From: Candidatus Liptonbacteria bacterium
GTDB lineage: Bacteria; Patescibacteriota; Minisyncoccia; UBA6257; 2-01-FULL-56-20
Assembly (NCBI GenBank): GCA_023244935.1
Contig: JAHFLJ010000001.1
Location: 13,327 to 77,326 of the forward strand
Direction of reading: 5' to 3'
Length of the DNA stretch: 64,000 bases
Each line of letters opens with the position of its first letter. The first letter of the stretch is position 1. The position numbers and the translations under genes were made by a program. Shown here in pieces: positions 1 to 8,081 of the stretch. The notes under the pieces were generated by a model. The model did no database searches and was not told the DNA's origin. It saw nothing but the letters and a program-made list of their open reading frames with translations.

Positions 1-796
1 CGACAACTCTTTCCGAAGCCGAAAATCCCGGCGAGTCGGAGTTGGTGCTATCGATAAAAATGCTATGAATTTTTTCTTCGGCCAGTCGATAAAAAATATC
101 CAAATTAGTCGGCTTTCCATTGGCATCGATATCCAATCGAAAATCCCCAAAATTAACCATCTTCCCTGCCGGAGTATTTAAAATAAAACCCAGAGCCTCG
201 GGGATGGTGTGTCCCACCGAAAAGAAATCGGCGGTCAAATGTTCCGATATCGGAATCTTGCTACCGTTTTTAACGGTAATGAAATTTAATTTTGGAGCAT
301 TCGGAAATTCCTCGTGTCTCTTCTCCACAATCGCTTTCGTAAACGGAGAAGTCAAAATCGGCGGGTTACCCAACTTCTCGATTAGATAATGAATCGCGGC
401 GATGTGATCGAAGTGGCCGTGAGTCAAAATAATTGCGCGAATATCCTTTTTACGATTTTCGAGAGATGAAACGTTGGGAATAATAAAATCTACTCCGGGG
501 GTTGCCTCTTCCGGAAACTGAATACCGACGTCGACTATTACAATCTCGTTCCCATATTCAAAATAAGAACAGTTTCTTCCGATTTCTTCCAATCCTCCCA
601 GCGGGATAAATTTAAGCTGAACTCCTTCGGAAGGAAGGAATCGCTCGTTATGTTTAGACGTTTGTTTTGTCGGTGCGCGTCTTACCGCACCGTGATGCGC
701 CGATCTTTCTTTTTTTACAAAGCCGGCGGTTCCCGACGCCCTCGAAGTCCTTTGTTGAGGACCGGAAGCGCGAGATCGTGATACATTCTGAATCAT
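1..796 (-). CDS. rnj: Ribonuclease J, 5' part (runs off the window start)
   Basis: Manual translation from ATG at 796 gives LKFIPLGGLEEIGRNC, IVDVGIQFP and ILTHGHFDHI (metallo-beta-lactamase HxHxDH motif). Not in the ORF track because it is truncated. Confidence 0.93.
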   Translation of the reverse strand, partial: MIQNVSRSRASGPQQRTSRASGTAGFVKKERSAHHGAVRRAPTKQTSKHNERFLPSEGVQLKFIPLGGLEEIGRNCSYFEYGNEIVIVDVGIQFPEEATPGVDFIIPNVSSLENRKKDIRAIILTHGHFDHIAAIHYLIEKLGNPPILTSPFTKAIVEKRHEEFPNAPKLNFITVKNGSKIPISEHLTADFFSVGHTIPEALGFILNTPAGKMVNFGDFRLDIDANGKPTNLDIFYRLAEEKIHSIFIDSTNSDSPGFSASERVV

Positions 797-947
797 TTTT
801 TTATTTGCTTTGGAGTAAAATTGATTAATATTGAGTTTTGACTAAAACAAAATCCAAAGCTATTTATAGAATTTTCGACAAATTCCATTTAGCTGGCGGT
901 GTTTATTCGATTAAATTATTTTAGGAATAAACTATTAACACCATCTG

Positions 948-1126
948 TGGACGAATAAGGAATTGAACCTTTAGACTGCCCTCACGCCAATGCCGTCTTT
1001 GTGCCGCGGGAGAGATTTGAACTCTCATGGTCTTGCGACCGCTGACACCTGAAGCCAGTGCGTCTGCCAGTTTCGCCACCGCGGCATTGGTATAAGGGAT
1101 GAAGCAACCAGCTTCACTACTCGTCC
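948..1126 (-). ncRNA. tRNA-shaped RNA enclosing tRNA-Leu
   Basis: Acceptor stem GGACGAG/UUCGUCC plus A; U8A9; 7-bp D-like stem with a UGGUU loop; T-arm AAGG-UUCAAUU-CCUU; 13-nt stem CCCUUAUACCAAU/AUUGGCGUGAGGG flanking the tRNA-Leu. Confidence 0.6.
1002..1085 (-). tRNA. tRNA-Leu(CAG)
   Basis: Acceptor stem GCCGCGG/CCGCGGC-A; anticodon arm CUGGC-UUCAGGU-GUCAG; long variable arm GGUC-GCAA-GACC; T-arm GAGAG-UUCAAAU-CUCUC. CCA is not encoded. Confidence 0.96.
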
Positions 1127-1264
1127 GTTTAAATTTACAAATTGTTTCAAGTTATTTCGCCGGCCGATTTCAACCTGCGCGAGACCTACCCTGAATACAC
1201 ACAAAATGGAGAGTTAAACGTTAATCAGATTATACCTGAATCCCCAAAAAACACAACTCCCATA

Positions 1265-1348
1265 TAGAACCTAGAACGTAGAAAGTAGAATTTAGAATGG
1301 AATCAATGCATTATTCTATTTTCTAAATTCTATGTTCTACTTTCTAAT
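1265..1348. repeat. 84-bp inverted heptamer-repeat element, copy 1
   Basis: (NNTAGAA)n arm followed by a (TTCTANN)n arm. Matches the reverse complement of 62391-62474 with 6 mismatches by manual alignment. Confidence 0.9.
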
Positions 1349-1352
1349 TTTT

Positions 1353-2990
1353 CTACTTGAACGTCCTCGCCACCTTCACATACCAATTCTTTAACTCTTT
1401 TGCCCTGTCCGAAAAATCTTCCAGATGCACCTCGTTAATCCCCTGAATATCTTTGCTGGTCAAGAATAAATACGGCTGACTATATAAAAATATTGCCGGC
1501 ACGTCCGCGCCAATCAGCCTCAGCAATTCGTTTTGGGCATTGTTCTTATTTTCAAAAGTTAAACTTCCACGAACATCTTCAATCAGTTTATCCACGGTTT
1601 TATTATTATAAATCGAAAGATTTAATCCCGGATAAAACCTTTCCGAAGAATGCCAGAAAGAGAATAAGTCTCCGGATGAATTTACCAAATTTCCAAAAAG
1701 AAGGGCTTGATAATTTCTATTTTTAATCGGCTCCGCCAAAATCTCTTCGGCGGTCGGGGTGGAAAGCCTCACCTCAACTCCAATACTCTTCCAGTCCTCG
1801 GCGATAAGTTCGGCTGTCTTTTTCAAAAAATCTTTTTGCGGAGAAAGGAGCTCAATCTGAAGTTTGACAATTTCTTTTTTATAAGTCTTTTGGCGAATTC
1901 CATCCTCGCCAATCTTCCATCCGGAGTTATCCAAAATCTCCTCGGCTTGGCCTTTGTCATATTTCTGTGAATCCGAGGACTCTCCCGACTCCGGCAGTGG
2001 CCCGGCCTGCTTCTTGCCGTATCCCAAAAGTGCGTCATTTATTATGCGATCTCGATTAACCGCCAAAGAAAGAGCTTCCCTGACCGCCTTATCTTCCAGT
2101 AATTCATTCTGACTTTGATTTAAAAATACTGCGTAATAGTTTGAAAGAGGGAAAGCATGCAAATCATATGTTCTTTTTATTTTGGAAATATCTTCCGGAG
2201 TTACCTGCGGAAGTCCGTCCGATAAACCGGAATTAAAACTATCAATCGCATCTTCTTGTTTTGTAAAAAAGTTCAACGTAACCCTCCCGATAAAAGCCGC
2301 CTTTCCGGAATAGAACTTATTGGGACGAAGTGAATAGCTGGAAATAAAACCATCGTCTCGCTTCTCCATCTCTTCAAAAACATAAGCCCCGGAACCGACC
2401 GGCTTCAGGTTATAATTTGCCAAGCGCCAGTTAGATGCCGGAGTATCCGCAAAAATGTATTTCGGAACCGGATACAAATTGGAAAGATTATCTTCAAAAA
2501 AACCGTATGGCGAAGAAAGATTAAACTGAACTTCCAATTCGCTCACTCGGCTTATCACCACCCCCTGCCAACTGCTAAAAAATGGGGATGAAGTTTGCGG
2601 ATCTTGAATTTTCTGCAATGTAAAAATGATATCGTCGCTAGTCAATTTTTCTCCACTAGACCAAAGCAAACCCTCTTTCAATCTGACCTTCCAAACCTTT
2701 CCGGTTTTATCGCTTTCAATTTTTTCCGCCAAATCGGAAACGGAAGCAAAAGTTAGCCTCGCGATAGTCTTATCCGTAAAGGTGTCCGCAAATAACGGAT
2801 TTATAAATGATGGCTGTCCGACTATTGCCTCCGAATATTCTCCTCCGCTTGCCGGAGCCGGACGAGTATTCTCTCTTACAAATATACCCAAAAGTAACAG
2901 GCCACTGACGGTTAGTGTTCCTAACGTAAGAATGAACGCCAATTTCTCCTTGGAAGAAAAGGCGGAAAATATTTTTTTAAGCCAACTCAT
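1353..2990 (-). CDS. Peptide ABC transporter substrate-binding protein (OppA/DppA, SBP family 5)
   Basis: N-terminal TM anchor; motifs WSSGEKLTSDDIIFT, PVGSGAY, VREALSLAVNR and DVPAIFLY. Confidence 0.88.
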   Translation of the reverse strand: MSWLKKIFSAFSSKEKLAFILTLGTLTVSGLLLLGIFVRENTRPAPASGGEYSEAIVGQPSFINPLFADTFTDKTIARLTFASVSDLAEKIESDKTGKVWKVRLKEGLLWSSGEKLTSDDIIFTLQKIQDPQTSSPFFSSWQGVVISRVSELEVQFNLSSPYGFFEDNLSNLYPVPKYIFADTPASNWRLANYNLKPVGSGAYVFEEMEKRDDGFISSYSLRPNKFYSGKAAFIGRVTLNFFTKQEDAIDSFNSGLSDGLPQVTPEDISKIKRTYDLHAFPLSNYYAVFLNQSQNELLEDKAVREALSLAVNRDRIINDALLGYGKKQAGPLPESGESSDSQKYDKGQAEEILDNSGWKIGEDGIRQKTYKKEIVKLQIELLSPQKDFLKKTAELIAEDWKSIGVEVRLSTPTAEEILAEPIKNRNYQALLFGNLVNSSGDLFSFWHSSERFYPGLNLSIYNNKTVDKLIEDVRGSLTFENKNNAQNELLRLIGADVPAIFLYSQPYLFLTSKDIQGINEVHLEDFSDRAKELKNWYVKVARTFK

Positions 2991-3004
2991 TAATTGCTAA
3001 TTTT

Positions 3005-3220
3005 TTAATTCAAAAAAAGCTTATAGACCGATAGACCGATAAATACCACCGACAAGACGATTGTGGATACAAAAAAGAATTTATCCATTCCTCGCCTGGC
3101 CTGATAAAATCCACCGGCTTCTCCGCCTCCAAAAAGGCCGGACATTCCGACATTCCTCTGCTGAAGCAATACCAGCGTTATTAGTAAAACTGAAACTATT
3201 ATTAATGCTATTTCAATCAT
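3005..3220 (-). CDS. secG: Preprotein translocase subunit SecG
   Basis: 71 aa with two TM helices; motif VLLQQR..GMSGLFGG...RRGMDK. Confidence 0.9.
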   Translation of the reverse strand: MIEIALIIVSVLLITLVLLQQRNVGMSGLFGGGEAGGFYQARRGMDKFFFVSTIVLSVVFIGLSVYKLFLN

Positions 3221-3572
3221 TTTTTTCTGATATGTGTAATAAGAAGTTCAAGACGCTAATTGCCAGCGTGGCGATAATCAACGGCTCAACTCCACCAATT
3301 GTAAGCGCCGGGGACAAAAAGTCAACCAAAATCAGCATTAAGGCATTTACCACCAACAACCCCAATCCTAAGGTAAGAACGATTAGCGGTCCCAAAAAAA
3401 GCTTAACAATCGGACGTAAAATGAAATATAAAACCGTAAAAATTGCCGACAAAAGTAAAAGGTCTTTAATATCCGTCGCGACATAAAACCCTGTTACATA
3501 AGAACCCAAAGCAAAAAATGCCAAGGCATTCACGACTATTGATACCACTCCCCGAACTGCGTTCTTAATCAT
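3213..3572 (-). CDS. 4-TM phage-holin-like membrane protein (YvlD-like)
   Basis: Motif ILRPIVKLFLGPLIVLTLGLGLLVVNA. Start moved to ATG at 3572, which lies 7 nt after TGGTATAAT. Confidence 0.8.
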   Translation of the reverse strand: MIKNAVRGVVSIVVNALAFFALGSYVTGFYVATDIKDLLLLSAIFTVLYFILRPIVKLFLGPLIVLTLGLGLLVVNALMLILVDFLSPALTIGGVEPLIIATLAISVLNFLLHISEKND

Positions 3573-3603
3573 TTTTTTAATTATACCACAAGGAAGCACG
3601 CAA

Positions 3604-5139
3604 CTAAACCAAGTCTCTCAACAAATTTTTCCCGCTCATATCCTCCGGCTGTTTCAATCCCATAATATTCAAAATGGTCGGCGCCACATCCGAGATTATT
3701 CCGATTGGTTCATTCGCAACCGATTGCCAATTAATAAATTTTCTGCCCTTGAACTCTCTGGACATCAAGTAAAAAGGCACCGGCGAAGGGTCGTGCTGAG
3801 TTTCTACCCTGCCGGTCGCGGGATTAATAAGCTCTTCCATATTCCCGTGATCGGAAGTAATAATCACTATGGCATCGGTGTTTAACGCAACCTGGACCAC
3901 TCTCCCTATTTCGGCATCAATTGTTTTAACCGCTTCGAGCGATGCATGATAATTTCCGGAGTGAGCGATAGTATCTCCGTTAGCATAATTAACTAAAATA
4001 AAATCGAATGCCCTATTTTCCATTGCCTGAACAAGTCGGTCGGTAATAGCGGATGCCATCATTTGCGGATGTTCATCCGGATGAGGAATTGGCTCCGAAG
4101 GAACCAGGACCCTGTATTCTCCGGTGTATGGCGTTTCTACATAACTGTTAAAAAAATACGTTACGTGAGCATATTTATAGCTTTCGGCAAGTCTAAGCTG
4201 GGTCAATCCGGCATCGGAAATAACCTTCCCGAGTGGGCTTGTAATTACCTCCGGCGGATACGCCACCGGCACTTGAAATTTATCCATATAATGAGACATC
4301 GTCGCCACATGTAAATTCGGCATCTCTTTCCGTGGGAAGTTATCAAATTCTTTATCGATAAACGCCATAGCAATCTGTCGGATGCTGTCTTCTCTATAAT
4401 TAAAGAAGAAAAGAGCATCCCCATCTTTTATCCCGCAATCGGCCTGGACCTTAAGCGGAACCAAAAACTCCTCGTTTAATCCTTTGGCATAATTATTTTT
4501 TATCAATTCATCCAAATTCCCTCGCACCAGAGTTCCCCCGGATCCGGTCATGCAATCGTATGCCTCTTTAGTCAGTCGCCAGTTCCCCTCGCGGTCCATC
4601 GCGTAATATCTGCCGATAACCGTGGCGATTTTATCCATCGGCAATTCTTTAATTAATCCTTCCAAAGTTTTTGGCGACATATCCTTGCCATCTGCAAAAA
4701 GATGGAGCTTAACCTTGGTTATTCCTTGTTGCTCCGCAAATTTCAATAATGCCTTAACGTGTTCGATTGAGGCATGAACGTTCCCCTTGGAAAGAAGCCC
4801 TGCAAAATTTAGAGTGGAATCGTTTTTCTTGACGTGCTCGACACAGCCCAGAAGCGCCGGATTTTCAAAAAAAGTTCCATCCTGAATCGACATGGTAATC
4901 CTCGGATAATACTGATAGATAACCCGTCCCGACCCCAAAGTTAAGTGACCAACTTCACTATTCCCAACCTCTCCCCACGGAAGCCCGACAGAAATACCCG
5001 AAGCCTGCAGGCTGGTTATAGGATAATTTTCTTCTAAAAATTTAAAAGTTTTTGGCTGAACAACATGAATAGGATTGGATTCATCTTCCTTCCCAATCCC
5101 CCATCCGTCCAAAATTATTAATACAACAGTTCGCCGCAT
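3604..5139 (-). CDS. gpmI: 2,3-bisphosphoglycerate-independent phosphoglycerate mutase
   Basis: Motifs VLIILDGWG, GNSEVGH, GRYYAMDR and TSDHGN. Start is MRRTVV; the ORF-track extension runs through repeats. Confidence 0.96.
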   Translation of the reverse strand: MRRTVVLIILDGWGIGKEDESNPIHVVQPKTFKFLEENYPITSLQASGISVGLPWGEVGNSEVGHLTLGSGRVIYQYYPRITMSIQDGTFFENPALLGCVEHVKKNDSTLNFAGLLSKGNVHASIEHVKALLKFAEQQGITKVKLHLFADGKDMSPKTLEGLIKELPMDKIATVIGRYYAMDREGNWRLTKEAYDCMTGSGGTLVRGNLDELIKNNYAKGLNEEFLVPLKVQADCGIKDGDALFFFNYREDSIRQIAMAFIDKEFDNFPRKEMPNLHVATMSHYMDKFQVPVAYPPEVITSPLGKVISDAGLTQLRLAESYKYAHVTYFFNSYVETPYTGEYRVLVPSEPIPHPDEHPQMMASAITDRLVQAMENRAFDFILVNYANGDTIAHSGNYHASLEAVKTIDAEIGRVVQVALNTDAIVIITSDHGNMEELINPATGRVETQHDPSPVPFYLMSREFKGRKFINWQSVANEPIGIISDVAPTILNIMGLKQPEDMSGKNLLRDLV

Positions 5140-5150
5140 ATCGTAGATTA

Positions 5151-5290
5151 TAACGTGTAACGCGTAACTTGTAACGCGTAGCACAAAGACGTGTAGCGTA
5201 TAGCATGTAACTTGTAGCGTGGAATACAAGTTGTATTTGTCATCCCGGGCCTGCTTGCCCGCCAAAGCCCTGCCTGCCGGCAGGCAGGAA
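5151..5290. repeat. Heptamer tandem repeats plus CCTGCCTGCCGGCAGGCAGG palindrome
   Basis: TAACGTG TAACGCG TAACTTG TAACGCG ... TAGCATG TAACTTG. The palindrome at about 5269-5288 recurs at 9664-9683 and, imperfectly, at about 9489-9508. Confidence 0.8.
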
Positions 5291-5339
5291 TATACTAATG
5301 TCTGCGAATTATACGAATAATACTAATAATAAGATTTAG

Positions 5340-5612
5340 CGAGATAGACACCAAAAAGAGATAAATCAACGAAAAGCATCCAATCACGCGGAGAATAGTT
5401 CTTCTTGGCCGGGCTACGAAGTTTGCCGAGCATGGTCTCCGCCTGTCGGCGGAGTCGGCAAGCTGAGTGCCAGTTCAAAACCCGCTGGGGTTTTGAATGT
5501 AGGCCAAAAAGGACTATTCGGAGCGCCCTGGACGAGTATGCCAATACTCTGTATACTATCAAAGTCCATTCAAAAGTCTTAACACTTCAGTAGGAGCCCC
5601 CCGAAAGGGATT
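5340..5612 (+). ncRNA. Structured RNA upstream of rny, candidate 6S RNA
   Basis: Long stem GAATAGTTCTTCTTGGCC/GGCCAAAAAGGACTATTC with internal hairpins. Location upstream of rny matches known 6S synteny in several phyla. Boundaries are uncertain. Confidence 0.4.
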
Positions 5613-5643
5613 TTAATGAAGATTTTAATCACAAAAAAATACA

Positions 5644-7164
5644 ATGTATACATATTTAGCAGCCATCGTGGCGCTGGTTTTAGGTTTAGGAATCGGATAC
5701 ATAGTCCGAAAAAAAATAGTAGCTAAACAGCTCGGAAGTCTGGACCAACAACTACAACAAAGAACGTCTGAAGCTGAAAACAAAGCCAAAGAGATTCTTT
5801 TTACCGCCAAAGAAAAAGCCTCGGAGATACTCGAAGAAACCCAGAAAGAAGAAAAAGAAAGAAAACGTGAAATTCTGGCGCTGGAAACAAAGATACACGA
5901 ACGCGAAGAAGCCATCGACAAAAAACTAAATACCCTCGAATACGAATCAAATTCCTTACGAAAAGAACGGGAGGTTATTGAAGGTAAAGTTAAAGAACTC
6001 GAAGAAGTAAAAGAAAAAACAAAAAAGGAACTGGAAAGGATTGGTGGCTTGAGCCGAGACGAAGCCCGCGAAGCATTGTTCACGGAAATAAAAGAAAAAA
6101 GCCGTGACGACCTTGCTCGGACCTCGCAAAAACTGGAAAAAGATCTTCGGGATGAAATCGAGAAAAAAGCTAAGGAAGTTATCACCATAGCCCTTCAACG
6201 CTATGCCCGTTCCCACGTTTCCGAATTAACCACCAGTGTGTTTCACCTCCAAGATGAAGAAATCAAAGGAAAAATTATCGGTCGCGAAGGTAGAAATATT
6301 CGCGCCCTGGAAAGAGCCACCGGTGTAGAATTTATTATGGACGAAACTCCGGACACGATTGTCATTTCTTCATTCGATCCATTCCGACGTGAAGTCGCCA
6401 GTCTCGCCTTAGAAAAACTTATTAAAGACGGCCGAATTCAGCCAGCCAAAGTTGAAGAAAAAGTAGAAGAGGCTAAAGAAGAACTAACCAAAAGAATGTC
6501 GGAAATCGGCGAAGCCGCCGCGATGGAAGTTGGAGTTTATGATTTACCGAAAGAAATCCTCCAACTGCTCGGCCGACTTCACTTCCGAACCAGTTTTGGC
6601 CAGAATGTTTTAACTCACTCGATTGAAATGACTTACCTGGCCGGAATGATTGCCGGAGAACTTGGACTCAATGTTGCCCTTGCGAAGAAAGGCGCGCTGG
6701 TCCACGATATCGGAAAAGCAATTGACCACGAAGTTGAAGGGACCCACGTGGAGCTTGGTATTAAAATCTTGCGCAAATATGGAGTTGGCGAAGACGTTAT
6801 CAACGCCATGCGCTCTCACCACGAAGACTATCCTTATGCATCCCCGGAATCTTTTGTGGTTACCGCCGTTGATGTCCTCTCTGCCGCCAGACCCGGAGCC
6901 AGACGTGGAACAATGGAAAATTATATTAAACGTCTCGGTGACTTGGAAAAAATTGCCGGCGAATTTCCGGGAGTTAAACAAGCCTATGCAATTTCTGCCG
7001 GACGCGAACTCCGAGTATTCGTTACTCCGGAAAAGATTGATGACTTTGGCGCTTTGGAAATGGCTCGCTCAATCGCCAACCGAATTCAATCCGAACTTAA
7101 GTTCCCAGGAGAAATTAAAGTTAATGTCATCCGCGAGACCAGAGCAGTGGAATACGCAAGATAG
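5644..7164 (+). CDS. rny: Ribonuclease Y
   Basis: N-terminal TM helix, coiled coil, KH motif KGKIIGREGRNIR, HD motif HDIGKA, C-terminal FPGEIKVNVIRE. Confidence 0.97.
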   Translation: MYTYLAAIVALVLGLGIGYIVRKKIVAKQLGSLDQQLQQRTSEAENKAKEILFTAKEKASEILEETQKEEKERKREILALETKIHEREEAIDKKLNTLEYESNSLRKEREVIEGKVKELEEVKEKTKKELERIGGLSRDEAREALFTEIKEKSRDDLARTSQKLEKDLRDEIEKKAKEVITIALQRYARSHVSELTTSVFHLQDEEIKGKIIGREGRNIRALERATGVEFIMDETPDTIVISSFDPFRREVASLALEKLIKDGRIQPAKVEEKVEEAKEELTKRMSEIGEAAAMEVGVYDLPKEILQLLGRLHFRTSFGQNVLTHSIEMTYLAGMIAGELGLNVALAKKGALVHDIGKAIDHEVEGTHVELGIKILRKYGVGEDVINAMRSHHEDYPYASPESFVVTAVDVLSAARPGARRGTMENYIKRLGDLEKIAGEFPGVKQAYAISAGRELRVFVTPEKIDDFGALEMARSIANRIQSELKFPGEIKVNVIRETRAVEYAR

Positions 7165-7196
7165 ACTAATAACTTATCACTAATAACTGATAACTA

Positions 7197-7226
7197 AAAG
7201 ATCCCTGAGAATTCAGGGATTTTTAT
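7197..7226 (+). terminator. Intrinsic terminator after rny
   Basis: ATCCCTGA-gaat-TCAGGGAT followed by a T-run. Confidence 0.75.
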
Positions 7227-7289
7227 TTTTCACTTTGCCTATACCGTTTTAATTATTAATTGTTGGTAATAATTTATTTATTGAACCAC

Positions 7290-7559
7290 TTAGTCCAAAG
7301 ATTGATAAATATCCTTTCTCTGCCCGATTGCGAACAGAATAATGTCCTGACTATTCAACCGAAAAATTCCACGATAAACACGAGTAACCCTGAAAGAAAA
7401 GACTCTATCACTACCGAATCCTTTCAGTTTTTTAGTATGAAGTTTCGAATTAAACATATTTTTGCTCAATAAGACTTCTTGTTTCAACAAAAATTTCCTT
7501 TCTTTATCAGAAAGCAAGGCTGTCTCCTTGACATAATTCCTGCTTTTTAAAAGAATCAT
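7290..7559 (-). CDS. RelE/ParE-family toxin
   Basis: 89 aa, basic; LHTKKLKG...FSFRVTRVYRGIF...AIGQRKDIY; overlaps the upstream antitoxin gene. Confidence 0.75.
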   Translation of the reverse strand: MILLKSRNYVKETALLSDKERKFLLKQEVLLSKNMFNSKLHTKKLKGFGSDRVFSFRVTRVYRGIFRLNSQDIILFAIGQRKDIYQSLD

Positions 7560-7789
7560 CTTTGAAATTCTTTTAACGAATCCTTGTAAGAGGAGATTAT
7601 ATCTTTTTTATTGACATAAAGGCTCAACTCTTCAGTAGGCATCTTAGAAATCACGATGCCTTGATTTACGATAAACTGTCTGAGTGAGGCGTTAATAATA
7701 TCCGTCAAAGAAAACCCAAGCTCCCTGGCCAAATCTTGCGCCTGCACCTTCAATTCCTTTTTAGTTTTTATTAAAATAGTTGTGTCCAT
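7556..7789 (-). CDS. RelB/DinJ-like antitoxin
   Basis: RHH-like N-terminus TTILIKTKKELKVQAQDLARELGFSLTDIINASLRQF; ATGA overlap with the toxin; start MDTT. Confidence 0.75.
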   Translation of the reverse strand: MDTTILIKTKKELKVQAQDLARELGFSLTDIINASLRQFIVNQGIVISKMPTEELSLYVNKKDIISSYKDSLKEFQR

Positions 7790-7989
7790 ATCCGAAAGTA
7801 TATATAAACGGATAATATTGTCAAATGCCAAACTTCCGCCTCAACCCCCAGGAATCCGCGAGTTTTACGTACCCAAGCCAGGATTTTTCGGAAATTTATT
7901 TACAACCGGATACAACCAAAGCAAAAAATCGTAAGTCTTTTGATAAATTATTAGATCCTGAAGCATTTTGAAAATTAAATTCTATATTT

Positions 7990-8037
7990 TATTTTCTCCT
8001 GTTCTTTCCGCTTAATCGGAAAGAACAGGAGAAAATA
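7990..8037. other. Perfect 21-bp inverted repeat (terminator or DGR-type hairpin)
   Basis: TATTTTCTCCTGTTCTTTCCG-cttaat-CGGAAAGAACAGGAGAAAATA, 44 nt past the stop of the pilin-CLec gene. Confidence 0.8.
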
Positions 8038-8081
8038 CAAAACCAATACTAGATTACAGATTTCAGATTACTAAACAACAA

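Noticed and set aside
1265-1348. Heptamer arrays as a CRISPR array
   Set aside because: The units are 7 bp with no unique spacers, and there are no cas genes.
5140-5265. N-terminal extension of gpmI in the ORF track
   Set aside because: It is read-through of heptamer repeats. Homology and the -10 spacing support ATG 5139. Similar over-extensions were trimmed for ftsK, the LOG gene, ruvC, and the ORFs ending at 42718 and 63925.
5323-5593. Short ORFs 5323-5562 and 5405-5593
   Set aside because: They overlap a strongly paired region and show no protein motifs, so structured RNA is the better explanation.
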